Assembly (NCBI GenBank): GCA_945885475.1
Contig: CAMCYR010000006.1
Coordinates: forward strand, 22,231-86,230
DNA: 64,000 nt
Direction: 5' to 3'
Source of the DNA: Chitinophaga pinensis
GTDB taxonomy: Bacteria; Bacteroidota; Bacteroidia; 2-12-FULL-35-15
The translations under genes and the position numbers were made by a program. Shown here piece after piece: positions 19,410 to 28,262 of the stretch; within the stretch, counting starts at the first letter, position 1; every line of letters begins with the position of its first letter. Under the pieces are notes generated by a model. It made no database searches. It saw only the letters and a program-made list of their open reading frames with translations, and was not told the origin of the DNA.

Positions 19410-20800
19410 TAAAGTAAAACACTTCCTAATAATAATGAAGCAACCGAAAAGTAGATGATTAAACCGGTGATATCCACAAGCGTTGCAACAAATGGAGCAG
19501 AAGATACAGCAGGATCAAATCCGAATCGTTTCAGAATCAGAGGGAAGATCGAACCAATAATATTTCCCCATAAAACAACACCTATCAATGAGGTACCAAC
19601 AGTAAGTGCAATTTCAAACCAATGCGGACCATAAATTGGAGTGAATTGCGACCATGCTGCAACTCTAATGAAACCAATGATTCCGAGAATCAGTCCTAAA
19701 ATTACTCCAACTTTAATTTCTCTTTTAATGATTGTCCACCAATTACGGATAGTTATTTCACCTAAAGCCAGCGCGCGGATAACTAGGGTAGAGGCTTGAG
19801 AGCCGGTATTTCCACCGCTTGAAATAATCAATGGAACAAATAATGAAAGAATCACAACCTTTGCAATTTCATTTTCGAAAAAACCCATTGCGGTTGCCGT
19901 TAATGTTTCACCTAAAAATAATATGACCAACCATCCTGCACGCTTCCTTAAAATTCCCCAAAGCGACATATTCATGTATGGCTCATCCAGGGCTTCCATA
20001 CCCGCCATACGTTGCAAGTCTTCCGTCTCTTCCTCTCTTCTCACATCTACAATGTCGTCAATAGTAATTCGTCCTACTAATCTGCCAAGTGCGTCCACAA
20101 CAGGCAATACAACAAGGTTGTATTTGTCCATTAAGTTGGCAACCTCTTCAGCAGCTGTATTTGTTTTGATGGAAATTACTTTCGGATCGTATATTTCTGA
20201 TACTCTTGACCTCGTTGAAGAAACGATCAGCTTTTTTAAATGAAGTAAACCGACTAATTTCTCATCGTCATCTACCACATAAATAGCATAAATATTTTCT
20301 ACATTATCAGCCTGCTCACGGATTTCACGAACGCATTCTATTGCATTGCTATTCACATGTACGCGAATCAACTCGGTCGCCATTAAACCACCGGCCGTAT
20401 TTTCATCGTAGTTTAATAGTTCAACAATGTCGCTAGCTTGCTCACTGTCTTCCATCTGAGCAAGAACTTCGTCCTGCACATTGTCGGGTAATTCCGCAAT
20501 TACGTCAGCTGCATCATCCGAATCCATATTGTCGATGTGTTCGGCAATTTCTTTGGAAGTAAGGGATGCTAAAAAGTCTTCACGGACATCATCATCCAAT
20601 TCAACCAATACATCGGCAGCAATTTGTTCGTCTAATTGAGTGTAAACATATTTCGCTTCTTCAATTTCAAGTTCATTGAAGATTTCAGCAATATCCTGAG
20701 CATAGAGTTCTTTGAAGTGTTCAACGACAAATGCTCCGTTTCTAGCTACGATCGCTTCGCGGAGTTTAATTAAAAAGTCGTCTGTTAGTTCAAATTGCAC
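19409..20800 (-). CDS. mgtE: Magnesium transporter MgtE
   Basis: Acidic N domain, TAGGLM, CBS pair, SSGGNTGSQ, DPAVSSAPFVATLVD; TACCTTTG box at 20831-20838. Confidence 0.96.
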   Translation of the reverse strand: MQFELTDDFLIKLREAIVARNGAFVVEHFKELYAQDIAEIFNELEIEEAKYVYTQLDEQIAADVLVELDDDVREDFLASLTSKEIAEHIDNMDSDDAADVIAELPDNVQDEVLAQMEDSEQASDIVELLNYDENTAGGLMATELIRVHVNSNAIECVREIREQADNVENIYAIYVVDDDEKLVGLLHLKKLIVSSTRSRVSEIYDPKVISIKTNTAAEEVANLMDKYNLVVLPVVDALGRLVGRITIDDIVDVRREEETEDLQRMAGMEALDEPYMNMSLWGILRKRAGWLVILFLGETLTATAMGFFENEIAKVVILSLFVPLIISSGGNTGSQASTLVIRALALGEITIRNWWTIIKREIKVGVILGLILGIIGFIRVAAWSQFTPIYGPHWFEIALTVGTSLIGVVLWGNIIGSIFPLILKRFGFDPAVSSAPFVATLVDITGLIIYFSVASLLLGSVLL

Positions 20801-20875
20801 CAGGTACTATGTTTATAGTTTTTACGAGCGCAAAGGTAAGATTTATACCTATTGAAGCATTCGTTTAACGTAAAT

Positions 20876-21697
20876 TTAAACTTCCACCATATTTGTCAGT
20901 GCAACAAAGTCAGCAACCGATAACTCTTCGGCGCGCTGGCTGAGGTATTTGTGATCCAGGTATTCGGGTTTAAGTTTAAACGCTTTAATAGAATTGCGGA
21001 GCGTTTTTCTGCGTTGGTTGAATCCTGCTTTTACCACTTGTTTAAATAGTTTTTCATTGCAATCCAATTGCTGAACGGCATTTCTGGTAAGACGTATCAC
21101 CGCTGACTGAACACGCGGAGGGGGATTGAATACGCTTGCATCTACCGTAAATAAATATTCAATGTCGTAAAATGCCTGCAGCAACACACTTGTAATTCCA
21201 TAGGTTTTATTCCTTGGTTTAGACGCAATGCGCTCCGCTACTTCTTTCTGAAACATTCCGACAACTTCGGGAACCTGATTTTTATGATCCAAGACCTTGA
21301 ATAAAATTTCGGTAGAGATATTGTAGGGGAAATTTCCAATGACAGCAAACGGTTCATTGTTGAACAGATTATCAAAATCAAGCTTTAAAAAATCGCCTTC
21401 AATAATCTTATTTTCTAATGATGGAAAATTTTGTTTCAGATAGGCAATTGATTCTCTGTCGATATCAATGATGTGTGTTTCATAAGCGCTTTCAAGAATT
21501 AAATATTTGGTGAGGACACCCATTCCCGGACCAACTTCAATCACTTTTTTGTATTGTGAGGTATATTTTAAACTTTTTACAATGTTCAACGCGATGGTTT
21601 CATCTTTCAGAAAATGCTGGCCTAAATGTTTTTTTGCTCTAACATCTTGATTTACCCTTTCGCTCGTGTGCAGGTTCATTGGTTTTTGGTTGTGCAT
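20876..21697 (-). CDS. rsmA: 16S rRNA m6,2A dimethyltransferase
   Basis: KKHLGQHFL, EVGPGMG, GNFPYNIS, FNPPPRVQS, QRRKTLRN. Confidence 0.97.
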   Translation of the reverse strand: MHNQKPMNLHTSERVNQDVRAKKHLGQHFLKDETIALNIVKSLKYTSQYKKVIEVGPGMGVLTKYLILESAYETHIIDIDRESIAYLKQNFPSLENKIIEGDFLKLDFDNLFNNEPFAVIGNFPYNISTEILFKVLDHKNQVPEVVGMFQKEVAERIASKPRNKTYGITSVLLQAFYDIEYLFTVDASVFNPPPRVQSAVIRLTRNAVQQLDCNEKLFKQVVKAGFNQRRKTLRNSIKAFKLKPEYLDHKYLSQRAEELSVADFVALTNMVEV

Positions 21698-21708
21698 TTT
21701 TTTTAGAT

Positions 21709-22008
21709 CTAAATCACTTCCAGTAAGGTTCTGAAGGCTACAAATTTATTCGCGTATTTATCGGCCACTTCTTTTTGAAGGCGCGGTGCATGCAACTTTT
21801 GGTACTCCTGCAATTTCTCGTGGCTTTCGCAGGAATATTGAATCGAATAGGTTGTTCCTTGTTCCTCATCAACCAACACTTTACAGATTTTATGGTCGAT
21901 GAAATATCCTGTAGAAATTACATCCGGAATATGTTTTGATTTCATCCAGGTCAACCATTCTTCGCGGACATCATTTTCGATGTTAACGGTGACATTGTAT
22001 ATTATCAT
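21709..22008 (-). CDS. DUF4286-like small protein
   Basis: MIIYNVT...WLTWM..HIPDV...TYSIQY pattern, typical upstream of rsmA in Bacteroidota. Confidence 0.8.
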   Translation of the reverse strand: MIIYNVTVNIENDVREEWLTWMKSKHIPDVISTGYFIDHKICKVLVDEEQGTTYSIQYSCESHEKLQEYQKLHAPRLQKEVADKYANKFVAFRTLLEVI

Positions 22009-22096
22009 GCCTTATAAATAATTTTTATTTTTACTTCTAACTTATAGCTTCACAGAATCGTTGATGAATTTTTCTCTTCTTCCCCAATCGATCAAA

Positions 22097-23917
22097 CTAA
22101 TTAATGGAATCGCCTCTCAGTCTTCTGAAGCGTTTTCTCGCCTCCACAACATATAAACTATCCGGATATTTTTCCATCAACTGTTGATATAACTCTTTTG
22201 CCTTTTCTGTATTTTTAAATTGATCTTCGTTTAATTCTGCTAATTTAAACAAGGCATCGTCTCCTAAAATATCTTCTCCGTAATTTTTTAATAGCTCTTC
22301 GTAGTACGCGGCTGCTTCATCATAGTGCGCATGTTTCATTGCGATTTGTGCCTTTTTATAAATAATTTCATCCGCGAGTGCATGATTCGGAAATGTTCTG
22401 TTTAATGAATCGAGGAGTAGGATCGCTTTATCATCCATATTTCTGAAGGTATAAAGATCTGCGAGTGCGAATAATTCTAATGGCGCTTCGTTGGTGTCAA
22501 TTGCTAATGCATCACTAATCAGTAGGGATAAATTCATAGCATCGTTTGAAATCAATTTTGATGTAGCGCCTTTCAAAATATCTAATTGTGTTTGAGCCCA
22601 TCCAAAATCGCCCGTATAATATGATATTTTTGCAACTCTGAACTTTGCTTCTTGTCCGATTGCATCGTATTTAAACGCTTTTTCTACCTGTGAATAGCGT
22701 AAGGAAGCTTCCCAGATATCACCGGTCATTAATAACACGTCCGCTAATTCAAGTTTACATTCGGCTTGCGTTGCCGCTGATAGTTGGGGCATTTCAATAG
22801 CTTCTTCCAATAGCATTTTTGCGGCATCTGTTTTATTCATATAGAATGCCTGAAGATGAGCTAGATTTTTCAGAAGCATAACGGTACTTGCTGATTTTCC
22901 TAATTCGCTAATCGTAGTTGTATAATTTTTTTCTAGCTCTGTTAAGTCAGCAGAAGTATAATTTCCTTTCGTTACTACTTTCTGATAAAAAACAAGTAAC
23001 AGTTCGATGCGTGCATTCGTATAATAGTATACCTCCGGACCTTTTGCTATTACATAATTATAAGCCTTGATAGCAACATCATACGCTTCGTTCTGAGCAA
23101 AAAGTTGCGCCAGGGCCATCACACGATTACCATCCTCTTTTTTCCTTTTATCCAAAGCCTTTGATTGTATAAATGCTCCTTCCCAGTCTTTCTGCTGAAT
23201 CTGCATCCAGATCAGTAATTCCGAAAAGATCGTTTTATCCGGATTTCTAGAAATGCGTTTTAATAGTTCGGTTTTCAACAGATCGTTTTGTTTCTGTTCT
23301 GCATCATTTCCAAAACTTGTTTGTAGCGCATTCTGAACACTTTGAATATAGGAATCCTGCGTTTCAAGAATATCTAAATATTCGTTGATCATTGCGGTCC
23401 GGTCACCCAATAGTTTGTACACTTCAGCCAATTCAAAGCTATACGGATAATTGCTCTGAGAAATTTTTCTTCCTTTCAAATAAGTTGCAATCGCAAAATT
23501 ATACTGACGTATAGTTTGATACGCATTGGCAACAGCAAAAACCTGATCATCGTACTTGATAGCTTTCACTGCAGTCTCCCAGGTTGTTTTAGCTTTTTCG
23601 ATATCATCTGCACGAAAATAAACGTTACCCAGATCAACAATAAAATTAACTTGCTCCGGGTTTTGTTTGACTTGTTTTTTAGCAATTTTTTCTGCTTTCT
23701 TAAAATCTTTTGTTTCAAGCAAACAGTTTAAGTAGGGCAGATAATACGCTTCAGGTGATTTTTTGTTGTAGAGTTTTTCGTAATAGTCTAGCGCTTTATC
23801 AAATTCTTTGTTTTGATAAAATTGCAAGGCAAGTTGCTCATCCGCTGAAGGTTGGGCGATTGTGCGTAATTGTGAAATTACAAAAAGAAAAAATAATATG
23901 TGTTTAAGGTGTTTCAA
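22097..23917 (-). CDS. Exported tetratricopeptide-repeat protein
   Basis: Signal peptide, many TPR-like helices, C-terminal YPDSLYVVEARKRFR. Confidence 0.88.
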   Translation of the reverse strand: MKHLKHILFFLFVISQLRTIAQPSADEQLALQFYQNKEFDKALDYYEKLYNKKSPEAYYLPYLNCLLETKDFKKAEKIAKKQVKQNPEQVNFIVDLGNVYFRADDIEKAKTTWETAVKAIKYDDQVFAVANAYQTIRQYNFAIATYLKGRKISQSNYPYSFELAEVYKLLGDRTAMINEYLDILETQDSYIQSVQNALQTSFGNDAEQKQNDLLKTELLKRISRNPDKTIFSELLIWMQIQQKDWEGAFIQSKALDKRKKEDGNRVMALAQLFAQNEAYDVAIKAYNYVIAKGPEVYYYTNARIELLLVFYQKVVTKGNYTSADLTELEKNYTTTISELGKSASTVMLLKNLAHLQAFYMNKTDAAKMLLEEAIEMPQLSAATQAECKLELADVLLMTGDIWEASLRYSQVEKAFKYDAIGQEAKFRVAKISYYTGDFGWAQTQLDILKGATSKLISNDAMNLSLLISDALAIDTNEAPLELFALADLYTFRNMDDKAILLLDSLNRTFPNHALADEIIYKKAQIAMKHAHYDEAAAYYEELLKNYGEDILGDDALFKLAELNEDQFKNTEKAKELYQQLMEKYPDSLYVVEARKRFRRLRGDSIN

Positions 23918-23948
23918 TTTAAAATCTAACGTCTAAAATCTAATATCA
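23917..23948. repeat. Short AATCTAA heptamer run
   Basis: aatttaa-aatctaa-cgtctaa-aatctaa-tatc. Confidence 0.6.
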
Positions 23949-24251
23949 TTGTTTATATCCAATTATTGCCAACACCACAGCTTTCGCCTCAATATCCGTT
24001 CCGTTTCGTAAAGTTACTAAACTTCCTTCTCTTAAATGCTCACCAAATCCAACGGGTGCATAAAGTACAGCATTTAAAACGGCTGTTTGGCCTTGTTCTA
24101 TTGGATTTTTGTAGAGTTCAATCTGGCATTCGGTGGAGTAGCTTTTTGCTCCTTTTACATACGCTTGGGGACGATAAATGCCCATTAACTCATATTTGCT
24201 AAGATTTTCAACCAGCAATTTTACAATGAGGTATTTTTTGTGGTAGATCAT
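23946..24251 (-). CDS. Small protein resembling a stand-alone EF-Tu domain III
   Basis: Collinear motifs HKK, LSKYE, YRPQAY, IEL, LYAPV, LRNG, AVV versus EF-Tu HTK, LSKDE, YRPQFY, IEL, LIHPI, IREG, GVV; ATG 24251. Confidence 0.7.
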   Translation of the reverse strand: MIYHKKYLIVKLLVENLSKYELMGIYRPQAYVKGAKSYSTECQIELYKNPIEQGQTAVLNAVLYAPVGFGEHLREGSLVTLRNGTDIEAKAVVLAIIGYKQ

Positions 24252-24258
24252 TTTTAGA

Positions 24259-24327
24259 AGTATCAAGTATCAGGTATCAAGACACAGGACAAAAAATCTT
24301 GATACCTAATACTTGCTACATGATACT
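24259..24327. repeat. Inverted pair of AGTATCA heptamer runs
   Basis: agtatcaagtatcaggtatcaaga (24259-24282) and tcttgatacctaatacttgctacatgatact (24297-24327); overlaps the kmo stop codon. Confidence 0.8.
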
Positions 24328-25662
24328 ATTTAAAATTGCATTTTCCACTTCTTCGCTGTCCCATTTTGTATCGATGTCAGGCATTGCCATAATTTTTTGC
24401 ATAATTACTTCTTGCTTTTGTCCTTCTTTTAATGCTGTGGAATATCGGATGTGCGGACTGTATGTAACCATCGAATAAAGCGGAATCCATTTGTCGGGGT
24501 GTTTGTTACTGAAGTGCGCTTCAATTTTCTTTTGTAATAAAAATTTCGGGTCTGCCGTTTTATCTCGCATTTCAATAAAGTTAGCAATTGCTAAATCGGC
24601 AATGGCATCTCCATCTGGTTTTCGCAATGCTTCGTATTCTGGAAAAATTTTATTCCAATCTTCATTGTGTTTTCCTATCAAATCATTTAATACTACACAA
24701 TCTTCAAATCCACAATTCATGCCTTGTCCGTAGAACGGAACAATCGCATGAGCAGCATCTCCGATAAGTCCAACTTTGTTGTCAAAAGTCCAGGGGAAAC
24801 ATTTTACAGTCACTAAAGAAGAAACCGGATTTTTCATGTAATCGTCAACAAGTGTTGGCATCAATGGAACTGCATTTGGAAATTCTTCTTCAAAAAATTT
24901 CTGCACTTGTTCACGTGTTTTAATTGCTGCAAATGATTTTTCGCCCTCGAAAGGAAAAAATAATGTGCATGTGAAATTACCATCCATGTTTGGTAAAGCA
25001 ATCATCATAAAACTTCCGCGTGGCCATATGTGAAGGGCATTTTTTTCTAATAAAAATTCTCCATTTGGACCAGGAGGAATTATTAATTCTTTGTATCCAG
25101 CAGAAATATAATGTTGATTGTATTCAAAACGATCGCTAGAAAGTTGCATGTTTAGTCGTGATGCAGCAAACGCTCCATCAGATCCAAACATTAAGTCACT
25201 CTTTGAAGATGAAGTTTTTTTTGTTTCTGAATTTTCAAAGTATGCTTCTAAATTTGCTCTGTCGATAGAAGTGCAACGTTCGTTAAAATGGATTTTTACA
25301 TTTTCTTGTTGTTCTGCCAAATCCATTAAACGCATGTTTATTTCTGCACGTGAAACAGAATAAATAGCTTGATTGTCTTTCCCATAAGGTTGATGAACTG
25401 TAGTGCCATCTTTATGATGTATAGCACGAGCATACATCGGTATTGCAATTTTTTTAATTTCATCTGCAATTCCAACTCCTTCTAATCCCTTCCAACCTCT
25501 ATCACTCAAAGCAAGGTTTATGGATCTTCCTGCATAAATATTTGCAGTCCGCATATCAGGTCTACGTTCAAATAAATCAATTTTATAGCCGCGTTTTGCT
25601 AAATAGATAGATAGCAATGAACCAACTAATCCTGCTCCGATAATGTTTACACTTTTACTCAT
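24316..25662 (-). CDS. kmo: Kynurenine 3-monooxygenase
   Basis: GAGLVG FAD motif, GRSINLALSDRG, LHIWPRG, GDAAHAIVPFYGQGMNCGFED; adjacent to kynureninase. Confidence 0.95.
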   Translation of the reverse strand: MSKSVNIIGAGLVGSLLSIYLAKRGYKIDLFERRPDMRTANIYAGRSINLALSDRGWKGLEGVGIADEIKKIAIPMYARAIHHKDGTTVHQPYGKDNQAIYSVSRAEINMRLMDLAEQQENVKIHFNERCTSIDRANLEAYFENSETKKTSSSKSDLMFGSDGAFAASRLNMQLSSDRFEYNQHYISAGYKELIIPPGPNGEFLLEKNALHIWPRGSFMMIALPNMDGNFTCTLFFPFEGEKSFAAIKTREQVQKFFEEEFPNAVPLMPTLVDDYMKNPVSSLVTVKCFPWTFDNKVGLIGDAAHAIVPFYGQGMNCGFEDCVVLNDLIGKHNEDWNKIFPEYEALRKPDGDAIADLAIANFIEMRDKTADPKFLLQKKIEAHFSNKHPDKWIPLYSMVTYSPHIRYSTALKEGQKQEVIMQKIMAMPDIDTKWDSEEVENAILNSIM

Positions 25663-25730
25663 GTTTTTTTAATTTCAAATAAACGATTTTGGTATATATT
25701 AATAAATGGTAAAAATCAGTCTTTGTTTTT

Positions 25731-26999
25731 TTATAAAGCACCTTTTAAAATTTCTCCGAACCGGTAGACATCTTCAAACGAATTATATAAGGGAACAGGT
25801 GCACAACGAATAACGTTTGGTTCCCGCCAATCCGAAATAATTCCCGCTTCGCTTAGTTTATTAAAAAGTTCTTTCCCTCTTCCGTGCGCAACGATCGATA
25901 GTTGACAACCTCTTTGCTTTTTATCACGTGGTGTAATAATTTCTAATTTTTTATCCAGTGCTGTATTGATATCGTCAACAATAAATTCCAAATATCCGGT
26001 AAGTTTTTCTGCTTTTGCAACCAATGCATCCATCCCTACCTCTTCAAAAATATCTATAGATGCTTTGTGCGCAGCCATTGATAGAACAGGTGCATTGCTC
26101 ATTTGCCATGCTTCTGCTGTAGACATCGGAATAAATCCTTTTTCCATTTTAAAGCGGGAATCTTTATCATGTCCCCACCATCCTGCAAATCGAATGATCT
26201 CCGGTTTGTTCAAATGACGTTCGTTTATAAAAACTCCGGAAACCCCACCCGGGCCCGAATTCATGTATTTGTAACTGCACCAGCAGGCGAAGTCGACATC
26301 CCAGTCATGTAGTTCAAGTTTGATGTTTCCCGCAGCATGCGCCAGGTCAAAACCAACCAATGCTCCGGCTTTATGCCCGGCTTCGGTGATTCCTTTCATA
26401 TCAAACACTTGTCCGTTATAATAGTTCACGCCTCCGATCAAAATTGTTGCAATGGAATCTTTATTTTTTTCGATCGCCGCCAAAATATCTTCGTGGCGGA
26501 TGCAAACTTCACCTTCTCTTGGAAAAACTTCTATAATCGCATTTTCAGGATCCAAGCCATGAAATTTTACCTGCGACTCCAACGCATATTGGTCGGAGGG
26601 AAATGCTTTTGCTTCACATAGTATTTTATAACGTGTTTTTGTGGGACGGTAAAAGCTAACCAAAAGCAAATGCAGATTCACCGTAAGCTGGTTCATTGCA
26701 ACCACTTCTTCGGGTTTTGCGCCCACAATTTTAGAAAGTGGAATAGCGAATTGTTCGTGATAAGGCATCCAGGGATTGCGTGCATGAAAGTGTCCTTCTA
26801 CACCATATACAGCCCAATCCTCTAATTCATTCAATACATAATCCTGTGTGGCTTTGGGTTGCAATCCTAGGGAATTTCCTGTAAAATAGACTGTTTCACG
26901 TCCATGCATCATGGGGAAATAAAATTTCTCGCGATAATTTTTTAAGGGATCGTTTGTATCTTGTTGTTTGGCGTATTCAATAGTGTTTTCGTATTTCAT
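25731..26999 (-). CDS. kynU: Kynureninase
   Basis: [48 protein letters not shown]. Confidence 0.97.
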   Translation of the reverse strand: MKYENTIEYAKQQDTNDPLKNYREKFYFPMMHGRETVYFTGNSLGLQPKATQDYVLNELEDWAVYGVEGHFHARNPWMPYHEQFAIPLSKIVGAKPEEVVAMNQLTVNLHLLLVSFYRPTKTRYKILCEAKAFPSDQYALESQVKFHGLDPENAIIEVFPREGEVCIRHEDILAAIEKNKDSIATILIGGVNYYNGQVFDMKGITEAGHKAGALVGFDLAHAAGNIKLELHDWDVDFACWCSYKYMNSGPGGVSGVFINERHLNKPEIIRFAGWWGHDKDSRFKMEKGFIPMSTAEAWQMSNAPVLSMAAHKASIDIFEEVGMDALVAKAEKLTGYLEFIVDDINTALDKKLEIITPRDKKQRGCQLSIVAHGRGKELFNKLSEAGIISDWREPNVIRCAPVPLYNSFEDVYRFGEILKGAL

Positions 27000-27537
27000 G
27001 GAGCGTTATCGGTTTTTTCTCGCAGAGACGCAGAGTTCGCTGAGCTGTCTGTTGCTTATTGGTTTTTTACGTACTAAATGTTGTTTGTCGTATGCAATAG
27101 TGTTTTCGTATTTCATTGAGCGTTATCGGTTTTTTCTCGCAGAGACGGAGAGTTCGCTGAGCTGTGCACTGGTTATTGGTTTTTTACTTACTAAATGTTG
27201 TTTGGCGTATTCAATAGTTTTTTCGTATTTCATGGAGCGTTATCGGTTTTTTCTCGCAGAGACGGAGAGTTGTCTGTTGCTTATTGGTTTTTTACGTACT
27301 AAATGTTGTTTGTCGTATGCAATAGTGTTTTCGTATTTCATTGAGCGTTATCGGTTTTTTCTCGCAGAGACGGAGAGTTCGCTGAGCTGTCTGTTGCTTA
27401 TTGGTTTTTTACGTACTAAATGTTGTTTGTCGTTTGCAATAGTGTTTTCGTATTTCATGGAGCGTTATCGGTTTTTTCTCGCAGAGACGCAGAGTTCGCT
27501 GAGCTGTGCACTGGTTATTGGTTTTTTACGTAATAAA
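26962..27537. repeat. Tandem array of 5 units (117,117,108,117,117 bp), each with the kynU start and a CGCAGAG motif
   Basis: Units start at 26962, 27079, 27196, 27304, 27421; motif tttctcgcagagacg(c/g)agagttcgctgagct; unit 3 lacks 9 bp. Confidence 0.97.
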
Positions 27538-27559
27538 TGTTTTTGGAGACGCAGTAGTT

Positions 27560-27937
27560 TTAGAAGTTGTTTACTATTCTTACTATTCCATCTTTTACTA
27601 GATTCACATTAAAGTTTACTAATAATCCTACCTTCTTGTCTGTTAATTTTAAATAAGTCAATAGTTGTTTGTGGTGAACTGGTGCTAGTGCTTCAACTGA
27701 TTTTATTTCGACAATAACTTTATCTTCCACGATAATATCAGCTCTAAATCCAATATCCATTTTATTACCATCATAAAATACTTCAATCCCTTCTTGTCTC
27801 TTAAAATTTAAGTTTCTCTTTTTTAATTCATAACAGATTACTTCTTCATAAATACTTTCCAATAATCCTGGACCAAGCCTTGAATGAATTTTTATAAATA
27901 TATCAATAAGCGCTTCTGTAATATCATTTTCCTTCAT
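27560..27937 (-). CDS. GxxExxY family protein (PD-(D/E)XK nuclease-like)
   Basis: LGPGLLESIY signature, RADIIVEDKVIVEIK, QLLTYLK, GLLVNF. Confidence 0.93.
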   Translation of the reverse strand: MKENDITEALIDIFIKIHSRLGPGLLESIYEEVICYELKKRNLNFKRQEGIEVFYDGNKMDIGFRADIIVEDKVIVEIKSVEALAPVHHKQLLTYLKLTDKKVGLLVNFNVNLVKDGIVRIVNNF

Positions 27938-28230
27938 AAATTTTTTTTAATATAGCTCAGCGAACTCAGCGAACTCAGCGCCTCTGAGAGAAATTTTTTC
28001 GCTGCATATATTGCATCCAATAACCGCTAATATAATCTCATTTCCCTTCATAAATTTTTTTTAATATAGCACAGCGAACTCTGCGTCTCTGCGAGAAATT
28101 TTTTCGCTGCATATATTGCATCCAATAACCGCTCCTATAATCTCATTTCCCTTCATAAATTTTTTTTAATATAGCTCAGCGAACTCAGCGCCTCTGCGAG
28201 AAATTTTTTCACTGTGTATATTGCATCCAA
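27904..28230. repeat. Tandem array of 3 units (period 114, 105 bp), each with a GxxExxY-like start and the inverted CGCAGAG motif
   Basis: Motif agctcagcgaactc(a/t)gcg(c/t)ctctgcgagaaa at 27954, 28068, 28173; minus-strand ATGs at 27937, 28051, 28156. Confidence 0.95.
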
Positions 28231-28243
28231 AGATATATATTTG
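28228..28243. promoter_or_regulatory. Back-to-back -7 boxes: TATCTTTG (minus, toward GxxExxY-kynU-kmo) and TATATTTG (plus, hemL)
   Basis: caaagata-tatatttg; both halves match TAnnTTTG. Confidence 0.65.
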
Positions 28244-28262
28244 CACTCTAATTTATTCAATA

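Noticed and set aside
26968-27612. 214-aa repetitive Cys/Phe-rich plus-strand ORF
   Set aside because: It follows from 3n-length tandem units lacking a stop in one frame; TTG start, antisense to kynU and GxxExxY. Translation is not excluded but is unsupported.
26962-28230. CRISPR array interpretation
   Set aside because: Sequences between motifs are near-identical copies of local DNA rather than unique spacers, and there are no cas genes in the window.
26962-28230. Assembly-artefact explanation for the arrays
   Set aside because: Units carry distinct substitutions and 9-bp indels in a mosaic pattern, unlike collapsed or looped assembly; read support is still needed to exclude it fully.
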